From an uncultured Rivularia sp. (GTDB lineage Bacteria > Cyanobacteriota > Cyanobacteriia > Cyanobacteriales > Nostocaceae): a stretch of DNA of 64,000 bases. The translations under genes were made by a program, and so were the position numbers. The stretch spans positions 6,720,001 to 6,784,000 of the forward strand of contig OY762007.1 in NCBI GenBank assembly GCA_963665115.1. Direction: 5' to 3'. A model generated the notes under the pieces. That model was not told the DNA's origin. It did no database searches and saw only the letters and a program-made list of their open reading frames with translations. This document shows positions 20,415 through 31,601 of the stretch, one piece after another (within the stretch, counting starts at the first letter, position 1; every line of letters begins with the position of its first letter).

Positions 20415-21872
20415 TCATGCCCAAAATGGTACATACTTTGCGTGCTTTTTAGAAGTATTTTCTGGATCGTAAGGTTTTACTAAGTCCGCATCTATTGTGT
20501 CTGAAATAATACGAGATGCCATTGAGTAATTCTTATCTTTTATAGAAAAACGCTCTCTTAGCGATGAATTGGTCATGTAATCATGTGACACATAGCGCAA
20601 GCAAGCGTGTTGGTAACAAGCTCTAACTCTATCTGCTTTATCCATATCTGACAATTTTTTGTAAGCAAAAAGTGTTGCTTTCGTATGGTTGCTTGTGACT
20701 ACAAACTCAGGGGCTGGTAACTGGAAAAGTTCTACTGCGTTGATAACTTTATCAATACCAGTTCCTCGTTCTTCACAAATATTTATACGACGCATAAAAG
20801 CAGCTAAGTCCTCATTACGAGAACGAGGTGGTTCATCAATAAACCGCATTGTATCTATAAGTGGCACTCCTGGATTGGTAATCTCAATCCGATCCGAAAA
20901 AATTTCAATTATCGATCCGGTGCCAGTCATATTAAAATCTTGGTGAATAATTGCGTTTGCAACTAATTCTCGAATGGCAATTTCTGGATACATTCTTTGT
21001 TCTTCACGAAAAGCTTTACCAATCCGTTCATTTTTAGGTAATTGATTATTAATAAATTCCACTACTTCTTCATAATCAATAGCATAGCCTTTAAAACCTG
21101 TTCGTTCTCGCTGAGTTTCAATCCTATTTTTTCCTTTATAAATTACAACCCGGATTGCTTTTCGTGACAATCGCTCAAACATTTGTAAGTCTTTAGCGAA
21201 AAGAATAGCACCTAAATTTGTTATATCAAAAAAAACATCGGTTTTTTTGACAATAAGCTTTTCTGAAATTAATCGGTTTAATATGCCATCTCTATTTTCT
21301 GGTAATGGCTGTTTTGTTAAATCAAAATAGGCTGGGTAATTTATATTTTTGATTACCTCATCTACCATTAATTTTTCTAAAGCAATGCTTTTTTCAAATG
21401 GTTCTAGAGAAAATAAAACCCATAGTTGTCTTTCTTTTTCTTCAAAATCTCGAAGCTTTTTTTTGTAAGTTCCTATACGAATATATTCAATCCCTTTAAA
21501 ACGTACAGGAACGTGAGTCGCTTTAGGTATTTCAAAAATGACTATATCCTTACCTTCATAAGGGAATTCATGTATTTTAAAATTGATTCGAGGAGATAAT
21601 TGTGTCGCTAACCAGTTTTCTAATTCTTGATTTCCAATTTTTTCTAATCGAGGCTTAAAATTAGTACCAACAATATCATGGTTATCGTTATTGATACCCC
21701 AAACTAAATAAGCAGTATTTTTACCATGCAGAGTAGCTGAATTTGATAACGCCGATAAGTATTCACCTATGTCTTCTGGGCTACTATTATTTACTTTAAA
21801 TTCAACCCATTCTGTTTCATGGGGTAGAGATGTTAATCCTGCCAACAATGATTCTAAATAATCTGCGTCCAT
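20415..21872 (-). CDS. AlbA_2/Schlafen-like N-domain + HATPase_c_4 (RecG C-terminal-like) + wHTH protein
   Basis: ETEWVEFK...LSALSN...LVWGI (AlbA_2); AIRELVANAIIHQDF, IEITNPG, RNEDLA, CEERGTGI. Confidence 0.8.
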   Translation of the reverse strand: MDADYLESLLAGLTSLPHETEWVEFKVNNSSPEDIGEYLSALSNSATLHGKNTAYLVWGINNDNHDIVGTNFKPRLEKIGNQELENWLATQLSPRINFKIHEFPYEGKDIVIFEIPKATHVPVRFKGIEYIRIGTYKKKLRDFEEKERQLWVLFSLEPFEKSIALEKLMVDEVIKNINYPAYFDLTKQPLPENRDGILNRLISEKLIVKKTDVFFDITNLGAILFAKDLQMFERLSRKAIRVVIYKGKNRIETQRERTGFKGYAIDYEEVVEFINNQLPKNERIGKAFREEQRMYPEIAIRELVANAIIHQDFNMTGTGSIIEIFSDRIEITNPGVPLIDTMRFIDEPPRSRNEDLAAFMRRINICEERGTGIDKVINAVELFQLPAPEFVVTSNHTKATLFAYKKLSDMDKADRVRACYQHACLRYVSHDYMTNSSLRERFSIKDKNYSMASRIISDTIDADLVKPYDPENTSKKHAKYVPFWA

Positions 21873-22182
21873 TTTGTTAATTCAGACTTACCATAAATAA
21901 TTAACTACTAAAAAATTTTGCTCCAATTTGATTGGAATAATTAATTCAGCTAAAATCACATACTCTGCTTTGCTCAAATAGGTTTTTAAGCAGAAATAAA
22001 TTATTTTTAATTACCCAAATAAATCTCTAAAGAGAAAACGTTTCTCAAAATTTTGGGAATTGCGATTTTACGGGGGAAATTGCAAAATCAGTTATTAATT
22101 ATATCTTATGGCTACTACATACCTTACCTAAAAGGCTATTTAAAAAGTATTTTGAAATTAGTCAAAATCTTCCCCTACCTAT

Positions 22183-25153
22183 TTAGTAATACTGCTTTAT
22201 GTATTCGTAAGCTTTCTCAAACAACTCTTTATCCTTGTGGAGCGTATATTTCAACAGCGTTTTTCGTAATGCTTGCTTAACTTCCCTCTCCCCAGCGCTG
22301 GTTTGCTGCCAACCGGGAAACCTGACCAGACGCACGATTTCATCGATATCATTGACTATTCGTTCAACCATTTTCGGGGTTTGGTCGTTGCGAACTTCTG
22401 TAAATAATTCGGTTAGTGCTGCTTTACCCCTGTCTTCGTCTTTTTCAACGGGATTATCTTTCTCTGCTAGAAGTAAATCCTTTGCTAAGTCAAGTAATTC
22501 TTTAAGAAAGGTAACGCTATAGATTTGTCCTTGTTCGTGACGTTCTTTCATCGCTTCTAAGCGTTCTGATAATTCTCGGAAGCGGGGATTCCCGATATGT
22601 TTACGAAGACGATTAGCGATTTTTATCTCGATTTCTTGCGACTTTTTGCGGGGATTGGGAGAATCAAGAACTATTTCTAATACTTCGGCATTAAGGACTA
22701 TTTCGTCTAGGTCATCGCGAACTGCTTCTACACTAATATTTTCGTGGATGAGTTCGATGGTTTTTGCCCCTAATGAATGCCAAATAAGTCTACCCATACC
22801 TGTTGTCGGTTGTACGGACACGTAAACTTGGGACAGCCATCTGTAATCAACTTCGTATTGTTGCAAAATCGGGTCAGGTGAAATTGCTTCCCACAGGTTA
22901 GAAAGGTAGCTGTAATCTTCTGCGAAAGTATCGCGGGTATTGTTATTAGGCAAACACTCCTGTGCTGCTATAAGCCCTTCATAACCTGTAAGGCTACGGT
23001 CTACTCCCAAAAAGTAACCAAGGCATTTTTGTATTGCTCCTGGTAGCTTGTTTTTTAAGATGGAAATTCCGGATACTACTTGTTGAAACCCTTCCTCGTC
23101 AAACTCTAGCGCTTGGGCGACATCATCAAATACACCCAAATAATCTACTACTAAACCGTGGCTTTTTTGATTGCCGTAGGTGCGGTTGGTGCGGCAAACG
23201 GCTTGCAGTAAGGTATGTGCTTTAAGGGGTTTATCTAAATACATCGCTTGTAAAATAGGTGCATCAAACCCTGTCAGCAGTTTGGCTGTGACTACCAAGA
23301 TTTTCATTGGGGTCGGTGGAATCGCGGAATCGATCCAGGAGTTTTTCTTCTTGGTCGCGGGTGCGTTGATAGGGTTTGAAGCGTTCGTCCTTACCTGTGG
23401 CAGAGATTATAATTTCGATGGCTTCGCTGGGCAGGTGTTTTTCTAGTTCGGCTTTATAGAACAAGCAACATTCTTGATCGTAGGTGACGACCATTGCTTT
23501 AAAGCCGTTGGGAGCGACTTTTTCTTTGTAATGTTGGGCAATGTCGGCACAGATGTTTGTTATTCGATCGGGGACTTTTACCAGCACCGCCATTCTTGAT
23601 GCTGTTTTGGCAAGGTTGTCCCGGTCTAAATCGGATAATCCTCCAGTTAACTCAGCGTAAGCTTGGTCAATTGCATCATGGTCAATATGTATTTCCACCA
23701 AACGTGGCTCAAAATGTAGAGGTAAGGTTGCTCCGTCGCGGATGGATTCTTCAAAGCCGTAGCGACTCATGTAACCGCGTTCGTCTTCTTCTGCACCAAA
23801 AGCATAAAAGGTGTTTCTGTCCCTTTGGTTAATTGGTGTACCTGTAAAGCCAAACAGAAAAGCATTCGGTAGTGCTGCTCGCATTTTAATTCCCAAGTTG
23901 CCTTCCTGAGAACGGTGTGCTTCATCTACCAGAACAATGATATTTTCACGAGGGTTGAGAACTCCGTCGGCTTCTCCAAATTTAAAAATAGTGGTGATAA
24001 TAATCTTGCGCGTGTCCTGCTTGAGCAACCTTTCTAGCTCTTCACGGGTTTCTGCTTTCACCAAGTTGGGTATATCTGAAGCATGAAAAGTGGCGCTAAT
24101 TTGGGCATCTAAATCAATGCGGTCTACAACAATCAGTACTGTGGGGTTACGCAGTTTGGATTGTAAACGCATTTTTTGAGCCGCAAATACCATTAATAGC
24201 GATTTACCTGACCCTTGGAAATGCCAAATTAAGCCTTTTCTGGGTCTACCCGCAATAACGCGGTCAATAATCAGATTAGCAGTTTCGTATTGTTGATAGC
24301 GGCAGATAACTTTGATGCGGCGCTTTTTCTTATCGGTAGCAAATAATGTGAAGTGATTGAGAATATCAAGAATAACGCTGGGATTAAGTAGAGAAGCAAT
24401 CGTATGTTTGAGGGCTGCAAGGCTAGTAGGAGGTGCGTCATCATCAAGTCGCCAAGGACACCAGAGGTCTAAGGGCATACGAATGGAACCGTAGCGTAAT
24501 TCTTTGCCTTCTGTGGCTACGCTGAAGACGTTACAGGCAAATAATTCGGGGACATATTTTTCATAATCATCATGCACCTGCAATGCTCCATCTACCCAAC
24601 TAACTGCTTTTCGCACCGGAGTTTTGGCTTCTATTAGGATAAGGGGAAAGCCGTTAACCAGCAGCACTAAATCGGCTCGGCGTTCTTCTGCACCAGCGCG
24701 GTAAGTGTATTGGGTGGTGAGAATATATTGATTATTTTCTAGATTGTCAAAGTCAATCAGGCGGACGGGTGTGTGTTCGTAGTTGGTGCCAAAAGGCATG
24801 GTGCGATCGCCACGCAACCAAGTGGTAAATTCTTCGTTAGCGCGGATGAGTCCATCACTGCGGACTGACAGTACTATTGCCCGTAAGCGGTAGAGAACTT
24901 CTTCTGCTCGGTTAGGGTTAGCGGCGATTTCAGGATTGAGCCGAATTAAGGCATCGCGGACAAAGCTTTCAACGAATACTTCTTGTGGTTGGCGGGGGAT
25001 ATTTTGTGAGGGGAGATAGTGCCAACCTACACCGTTGATTTTTTGATTGGTGCATGATAAGCCAGGTTGAAGTGATGCGGTTTGGGTCACTTTACCGCAG
25101 AGGATATCACGGACAAAGGCTTCGACGGTGTTGGATTCGTTGAAATTATTCAT
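22183..25153 (-). CDS. hsdR: Type I restriction endonuclease subunit R (apparent +1 frameshift at 23309-23312)
   Basis: ADLVLLVNGFPLILIEAK nuclease motif, HFQGSGKS, DEAHRS, FTGTP, LLTGFDAP, QAVCRTNR spread over two joinable ORFs. Confidence 0.9.
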
Positions 25154-25854
25154 GCTTTATCTATTAAGAACAAAACCTAGAACTTTTTTTTTGAATTCTT
25201 GCAATAAAAATAATCTTTTTTTGAATTTTTTTTCAGTAGACTTTAAATTACATAAATTAGCTACTACTTCCTTTTGTCGCTCTAGATTGGGAATAGGGAC
25301 ATTTTGCGCTAAAAGTTCTGAACCACTAATATTTTTTTGAACACCACCGCGTGCCAATGAAGATGTTAGTTGCTGTCCTATAGGAGACAAAAAAAATTCA
25401 TTCAAGTATTCCGGTAACATCTTTTTATTAAGACGTAATCTGATGAGGAAAGCCGCCGCAGGAATGGTAGGAACATTTTGAGAACGATAAACTGCTGTAA
25501 TTCCACAAGTACCGCTACGACTAATCACAATATCCCCTTCTTTTAGCAAATGCTCCTTGTATTGCTCAGTAACTAGTTTTACTCGTGGAATTGTAGAGTA
25601 GTTAATATTTCCATCGCCATCTAAATCGGTCGTGCGAAGTTGCCAAAGTTCTCCATTATCGTCATAGAGTGAGTTACTAAATCGAGGTCCATAACGGGAA
25701 TCCTCAATTACTTGCTTTAGCTTAATAGTTTTTAAGTTTTGATCGGCAGAGAATGAATAGTGAGCAAATGATTTCCGAGTAGTTTGCGTCACTAAAATAG
25801 TCTCTACATAAGATTCGATAGTTTTTTCAACTGCACAAATAAGGTCTTTAATTC

Positions 25855-28020
25855 GTATCCCCTCAAAATTTCGGGGTATCGGCTGTCTTGAATGTCAACT
25901 ACGATAAAAAAAAGCAGCGGCGCAACTGGGGAACCGCTACGCTGATTTGACGGTACCAGGTAGGGGCAGATAGATTTTACATAGGCACAGAAAATAATCG
26001 TGCCCCCACCTGGCACTCCGCTGTCGCCGCCAAATCTTCCCCAGTTGCTGGATCTCTCGTGAGAGCAACAAATAAATAAAAATAATCAAAATCAAGAAAT
26101 TGATTAATAGCGGAAGTTGCAAATAAGGTAAATTGTAAATATGCTATCAAAGTAACTAAAAAAGTTTCAATCGCTTATAAAAACTATGAAGAAATAGATG
26201 TGGTTAATCCATGCACTTTACAGTATTCTACAACCAAGGATATGAGGGTTTAGCACAGTCTTAATATACAGGGGTGTTATTGAGGCATCCATGACCAACC
26301 ATAGGAATTAGAAGAAGATTTCTTCCGAATAATTGTCCCCAAAGATGGAATATTTTCAACTTGAGAAATGCGGTCACGCATATACTCATAAAAACTGATA
26401 CCCAACTTACGAGTAGTGTCAACAAGGGACATAAAAACATCCCACGCTTTTGTGCCTTGTTTTGTCTGGGTTGCGTAACTGATGTTACGTCGTTGTACCA
26501 TAGTCCTAGCAGCTAATTCGGCAGGGTTGTTATGCAATAGTAATTCTGGATGCTCCAACACGAGAAGCAACTCGTTTACTTTCAAAGTAGTTAATCGTTT
26601 TCGCTCATCTAACTGTTGATAACCACTTTTTTCTGTAAAAAGTGTCCAAAATTCCATTTCTAGTTCGTGAGCTTTATCCCAACTTGGAGAATCTCGATAA
26701 GATAATAATTTTCTGTAATATTCCCAGAATCTTTCTAGAAAATTATCTAAAAGTTTTTGATGGCAAGGTATAAGCGGACTTAATTTCTTATAATGTCGTC
26801 CTTCATGCACCCAACAAAGAGCCAAATCCGATGTTATTAACTTGAACTGCGGAGCATCATCGCATACTAGAGTTGTAATTACTGGTACAGTTGATTGCTG
26901 ATGATAAAAAGCAATTGCTGCCGATTCATATATGCGAGAACGGTGTTGAGAACCAAGTCTACTTAAGTACTCACCAATCAAAAAATTAAACTCAGTTTCG
27001 GTAAAAGCCTTCTGTTGAGATAGTAATTTTAGTTTATTAACCCACTTAATTGGAACTTTAAAAGTCTCCAAAAGTTCATAGGTCATCTCGTTGAGAACAA
27101 AGGAGAGTTCGGTTGTGTTTTGAAATACTTTTAATACAGTCAAACGGTCTTTGTATCGCGTTGTTTGGTAAATTGTGTACAAGGGGTTACAAATCACATT
27201 TGTTGTATGGTTCACTCCTGCAACACGCGCACCTGTTTGGTCAAAGTGTTGCCAAGGACTGCTGGCTAACCCTTCCTTGTATACTTCTTCGTATTCAGCT
27301 TCAAAATATTCTTGGTTTTTAATTAATAAATTTGATATTGTTCCTGCACTAATCGAGATACCAATATCTTCTAAAAATTCTAATAACTTCCCTTGGGTCA
27401 TGTTTCCACCATAATATAGACTCATGACCAAAGCTTTTACTCCTGGACCAAATTCACCTTCGTAACCTGTTGGTAGTTCCGCTAAATAAGTTTTTCCTGT
27501 TTCTGGTGAGTAGTATTTTTGCTTGCGGAACAGTATGTTATCTGGCTTAAGTAAAATGTCTTGGACTACTACTTCCTCATAACCCTTGAACTGTGCGTCT
27601 GCTGGTAATTGTTCTTGTGGGTAAACTACAATCTCTTCTCGGTTTATCTTGATAGACTCGTTTTTACTTGCTTTACTGTGTTCTTTTGCTATTTTTCGTT
27701 CTTTTTCTGATGAATAGTTTTTCTTAAACCCTTTGTTTTTATTCGCTTTGATGTCTGGTTTACCTTGTTCACCTTTTAAGCGGTTGTTTTCATCACGTAG
27801 TTTTTGATTTTCTTCTTCTAATTCTTTGATTTTTACATTTAGCTGTTCTATTAAGTTGAGTAATACTTCTACCGTTTGACGCACGTCCTCGTCTGCAATC
27901 TGTTTTGGGTCGATTGATTGCAATAATGCTGTGACTAATTTTTTAGATGATCGTTTTTGCGTCATGCTTCATATTCTACGACGCAAGGTGTACCTTTACC
28001 CCATTTTTTTGAGCGGATAC
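25855..28020 (-). mobile_element. IS66-family insertion sequence (single-ORF, ISBst12-like), copy 1, 2166 bp
   Basis: GTA...TAC ends with imperfect TIR (GTATCCGCTCAAAAAAATGGGGTA / GTATCCCCTCAAAATTTCGGGGTA); 8-bp TSD TTTAATTC at 25847-25854 and 28021-28028. Confidence 0.9.
26277..27965 (-). CDS. IS66-family DDE transposase
   Basis: N-terminal coiled coil, HFDQTG, LVCDD, LCWVHEGRH, HNNPAE; same translation as 39978-41666. Confidence 0.88.
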   Translation of the reverse strand: MTQKRSSKKLVTALLQSIDPKQIADEDVRQTVEVLLNLIEQLNVKIKELEEENQKLRDENNRLKGEQGKPDIKANKNKGFKKNYSSEKERKIAKEHSKASKNESIKINREEIVVYPQEQLPADAQFKGYEEVVVQDILLKPDNILFRKQKYYSPETGKTYLAELPTGYEGEFGPGVKALVMSLYYGGNMTQGKLLEFLEDIGISISAGTISNLLIKNQEYFEAEYEEVYKEGLASSPWQHFDQTGARVAGVNHTTNVICNPLYTIYQTTRYKDRLTVLKVFQNTTELSFVLNEMTYELLETFKVPIKWVNKLKLLSQQKAFTETEFNFLIGEYLSRLGSQHRSRIYESAAIAFYHQQSTVPVITTLVCDDAPQFKLITSDLALCWVHEGRHYKKLSPLIPCHQKLLDNFLERFWEYYRKLLSYRDSPSWDKAHELEMEFWTLFTEKSGYQQLDERKRLTTLKVNELLLVLEHPELLLHNNPAELAARTMVQRRNISYATQTKQGTKAWDVFMSLVDTTRKLGISFYEYMRDRISQVENIPSLGTIIRKKSSSNSYGWSWMPQ

Positions 28021-28522
28021 TTTAATTCTATACTGTTCTTCTAAAGAAGGTAAATAAAACTCAAAATTCGCCAGACTCGTCCAATTTGTTCTCGGAGAAA
28101 GTGACCCAGATGAAGTCCCTACAGCATATTCAAAAAACCGCTCCGTTTGACAAATAAATGGCACTAGTTCAGGAAGTAGCACTTTAGGATCAGCGCTTTC
28201 CAACACATAAATATCACCAGAGCAAACACCTTCAAAATCAGCAACAGCAACCTTTCGCTGATAGGCTCGACGCTTACCAAATAAAACTTGTCCCGGCTTA
28301 AATTTGCTAGTAAAAGTTATTCCTTCAGCCACAAGACCCCAACGCCGAATGCGTAAATCATTGGGGTCAATATGCTCAAGTCCCACATATCGCTCAATAC
28401 CTTCTGCTTCTGGGTTCGCAGCACGGTCTTTACATAGACGTACCACATCGCCAAATTTTACCAATTTACACCCTGTTTTCAATGCATCAGCTTGTATCAT
28501 TACCTACTAATTCTAATAACCT

Positions 28523-29620
28523 TTAAAAACGCAAATTTATCTTAAATTCATGCATCCAAAATATAGGAATCAACTTATCATGTTGTAATCGTCCTACAAC
28601 AATACCGGGATGAATACTAATACGCTGTGCAAAATCAGTCACACGTTTTTTAGATTTAAGTCTTCTTAATTCTACTTCATACTGAGGTGGTATCAAGAAA
28701 TCCCGCGCCCATTTATCGGCTTCGCGTTCTTGTTCCGATTCCAAACTTTCTCCACTATCCCATTCATCTAGAAAAATCTTTTCTTTATCATGAAGCAGAA
28801 TATGCGCTGCTTCATGGAAAAAATTAAACCAGAAGCGGTCGTTGGTTTTACCGTAAAGTGAAAGTTGAATCATTGCTTTATGGGGATTCAACCACCTGGC
28901 TACACCACTAACGTGCGCTCCTTTAATTGATGGTACTAAGACAAGCACAACCCCAGCTTCCCAACACAACTTTTGCATCTGTTGTTTAAATTCTTCTGGT
29001 GGCAATAGTGTCAACTTGCGAATTTCCCACACCGCTTTTTTAAATTGGGCTTCATTGTATTTGGGACAATCCTGTTGTTCTGCTTCTATTTCTCCCAAAC
29101 GCAACCAAGCAGAAATAGCACCAACGTCACTTTGTTCTTTGCGAGTGCGACGAAAGCGACCTTCCATGCCTGCATAGTAATTCTCCCACTCTTCCGGGGA
29201 AGCAACACCAAAAAGTTGCAGTAACTTTTTTACTAAAGCTGGTTTATTATTAGGGATTATACGGCACTTAGGAATCACACCTTGGTTCATCAATTCCTTG
29301 ACTGGTAATTTTTCCAACCACCACGTCCACTTTTTTAAACAGTTCTCTTCTTCTTCTTTTTTTGCTAAGGCTGCACGATATTGGGCTTCACGACTAAGCC
29401 AAAATGCTGCTGTACTTCCTAAAACCCGTTCTAGCTTTAAGGCAGTTTCTTGATTGATCGGCGCTTTACCATTGATGAGTTGGCTAACGTGTTTTGTAGT
29501 GTAGCCTAACCGCTCTGCTAACTGTGCTTGTGTCCAATCACGCTCTTCCAATAAATCAGCGATAGTATCACCGGGAGGAGATACCCAATCTGGAGTAAAG
29601 GAACGGGTTGTCTCAGTCAT
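28523..29620 (-). CDS. higA: HigA-type antitoxin (HTH) fused to an ImmA/IrrE-like metallopeptidase domain
   Basis: SPPGDTIADLLEERDWTQAQLAERLG HTH and FFHEAAH (HExxH). Start reassigned to ATG 29620, overlapping the toxin stop (ATGACTGA). Confidence 0.8.
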   Translation of the reverse strand: MTETTRSFTPDWVSPPGDTIADLLEERDWTQAQLAERLGYTTKHVSQLINGKAPINQETALKLERVLGSTAAFWLSREAQYRAALAKKEEEENCLKKWTWWLEKLPVKELMNQGVIPKCRIIPNNKPALVKKLLQLFGVASPEEWENYYAGMEGRFRRTRKEQSDVGAISAWLRLGEIEAEQQDCPKYNEAQFKKAVWEIRKLTLLPPEEFKQQMQKLCWEAGVVLVLVPSIKGAHVSGVARWLNPHKAMIQLSLYGKTNDRFWFNFFHEAAHILLHDKEKIFLDEWDSGESLESEQEREADKWARDFLIPPQYEVELRRLKSKKRVTDFAQRISIHPGIVVGRLQHDKLIPIFWMHEFKINLRF

Positions 29621-29942
29621 GATAATTACCAATGAAAATAATGCAAACAGCAGTAACTTTCGACCAATCAATACTTCCATCCTTGGTTAAAGGTATGGGG
29701 TCGTCATATGGCTTGAATACAAGTCTTATACCACCTTCTAGGCATATTGCGAATTCACCAGCCCTATCTCCTGTTAAAGGATGGGGACGACCTGCAATTA
29801 ATTCCCTGACACAATTAACACCAGCAAGGTCAGCTATCCGGGCTTTCAATTTCTTAGCACAGTTTGCACCCAATTTTCTTTGCGCTAGTTTTTCTTCTTC
29901 GCATAATTTTTGCAATTTGCAATCGCCGAAAGTGATTTTCAT
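29613..29942 (-). CDS. higB: HigB/RelE-like toxin (killer-suppression family)
   Basis: RPHPLTGDRAGEFAICLEGGIRLVFKP; toxin-first order upstream of higA. Confidence 0.8.
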   Translation of the reverse strand: MKITFGDCKLQKLCEEEKLAQRKLGANCAKKLKARIADLAGVNCVRELIAGRPHPLTGDRAGEFAICLEGGIRLVFKPYDDPIPLTKDGSIDWSKVTAVCIIFIGNYHD

Positions 29943-30022
29943 GCGCTAGCATATTAGTACAATTTTACCATCTCAAATAACAAAGTGGTTATGTCCAGAA
30001 AACATATCATGTCAACTGATGC

Positions 30023-30098
30023 TTTACCGTTTTGGTAAATCAATTTTTTATACTGTATTCAAACTAGTTGTATTAAAAAACTTTACCATTTTGGTAAA
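30023..30098. promoter_or_regulatory. Two palindromic operators upstream of higB
   Basis: TTTACC-GTTTT-GGTAAA (30023-30039) and TTTACC-ATTTT-GGTAAA (30082-30098). Confidence 0.6.
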
Positions 30099-30107
30099 TA
30101 AATTTTT

Positions 30108-31601
30108 CTACAAGGAATCGAGCATATCAACTAAGGCATCCATTTCTTGCCAAAAAGCTCTACTACCTTGTTCCCAATCTGACCAAGCTTCAGTCAGGGT
30201 TTTTACTTCCTCGTTTTGATTATTAACTGTTATTCGCCGCACATAAAGCGGAATAGATAAACTGTAATCTTGAGCAGCAATATCTTCGACAGTCGCCACT
30301 TTAGCAAAGCCGGGGTCATCTGTATAACTTTGATACGCATTGAGAATACGTGACTGATGGTCTGGCTTGAGGAAGCTTTGCCCCTGCATACGGGCTACTT
30401 CATTTACTGCATCAATAAATAAAATTCCTCCTTGCCGTTCTGCGGGCTTAGAAGTACGGCAAATAATGATACAAGCTTCCATTGGTGAGTTATAAAACAA
30501 GTTTGGTGCCAAACCAAGGACACATTCGACCAAATCAGCTTCAACCAACTTCTGCCGCATCTGGGCTTCTTCTTTGCGGAATAATACCCCATGCGGAAAG
30601 AGAATTGCACAGCGTCCCGTTTTTGGGTCAAGACTTTTGAGAATGTGCTGAAAAAAGGTATAGTCAGCCCTTCCTTGAGGTGGTGTCCCTAAAAAGTTAC
30701 GTTGCCAGGAGTCAGTTTGAAATGCTTCCCGGTTCCACTGTTTAATCGAGTAGGGTGGATTGGCAAGAACTACATCAAAAGTCCGCAACTGGTCATTTTC
30801 GGTAAAAGCAGGATATTCTAGGGTGTCACCGCGCATAATTTGGTAATCATCAACACCATGTAGTACCAAATTCATGCGGGCAATGGAAGCGGTCATGTGG
30901 TTGCGCTCCTGTCCGTAAAGCTTGAGGGTACGATGTTCTTTCCCTGTACGCTTCACCTCAGTTAATGCCGAAATCAACATTCCACCCGTACCGCAGGTTG
31001 GATCGTAAATGCGATCGCCAGATTCAGGTGCGAGCATCTGCACCATCAAATATACAACTGTACGGTTTGTGTAAAATTCTTGGGCTGTATGTCCGCTATC
31101 GTCAGCAAATTTTTTAATTAAATACTCGTAAGCATTACCTAGTTCATCTTCAGGAACATTCTCTAAGGACAATACCACAGTAGAAAAATGCTCTAACAGA
31201 TTTTTGATAACCGAATCAGGTAAACGTTCTTTATTTGTCCAGGGGGCATCTCCAAAAATACCATCTAACCGACCGGGGTTAGCGGTTTCAATAGCTCGCA
31301 TCGCATCTTGTAAAGCTTTACCAACATCTTTGGCAACAATGCGAACATCTTTCCAGTGAGCATTATCAGGGATAATAAAACGGTCATTGGCAGTATCGCG
31401 GGCATAATTAACATCATCCGTATCAGCTAAAGCTTGAGTAAATTCCTCATCCCAAACATCAGATAGCCGCTTGTAAAACAGCAAGGGAAAGACATATTGT
31501 TTGTAGTCACCCGCATCAACTAGCCCACGCAAAATGGTGGCTGCTCCCCATAGATAACTCTCCAGGGCTTGTTGTGTAATTTGTTCGCTCACTCCAGCCA
31601 T
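30108..31601 (-). CDS. hsdM: Type I RM methyltransferase subunit, NPPY type (predicted m4C)
   Basis: DPTCGTGG motif I, VLANPPY motif IV, EFYTNR. Confidence 0.9.
   Translation of the reverse strand: MAGVSEQITQQALESYLWGAATILRGLVDAGDYKQYVFPLLFYKRLSDVWDEEFTQALADTDDVNYARDTANDRFIIPDNAHWKDVRIVAKDVGKALQDAMRAIETANPGRLDGIFGDAPWTNKERLPDSVIKNLLEHFSTVVLSLENVPEDELGNAYEYLIKKFADDSGHTAQEFYTNRTVVYLMVQMLAPESGDRIYDPTCGTGGMLISALTEVKRTGKEHRTLKLYGQERNHMTASIARMNLVLHGVDDYQIMRGDTLEYPAFTENDQLRTFDVVLANPPYSIKQWNREAFQTDSWQRNFLGTPPQGRADYTFFQHILKSLDPKTGRCAILFPHGVLFRKEEAQMRQKLVEADLVECVLGLAPNLFYNSPMEACIIICRTSKPAERQGGILFIDAVNEVARMQGQSFLKPDHQSRILNAYQSYTDDPGFAKVATVEDIAAQDYSLSIPLYVRRITVNNQNEEVKTLTEAWSDWEQGSRAFWQEMDALVDMLDSL

Larger units (their letters stand above)
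25157..28500 (-). pseudogene. hsdS: Type I RM specificity subunit S interrupted by an IS66-family element
   Basis: Removing the IS and one TTTAATTC copy joins ...LPSLEEQYRIK to DLICAVEKTIESYVETILVTQTT... in frame (~389 aa), with two TRDs and P(S/N)LE.Q conserved regions. Confidence 0.88.
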
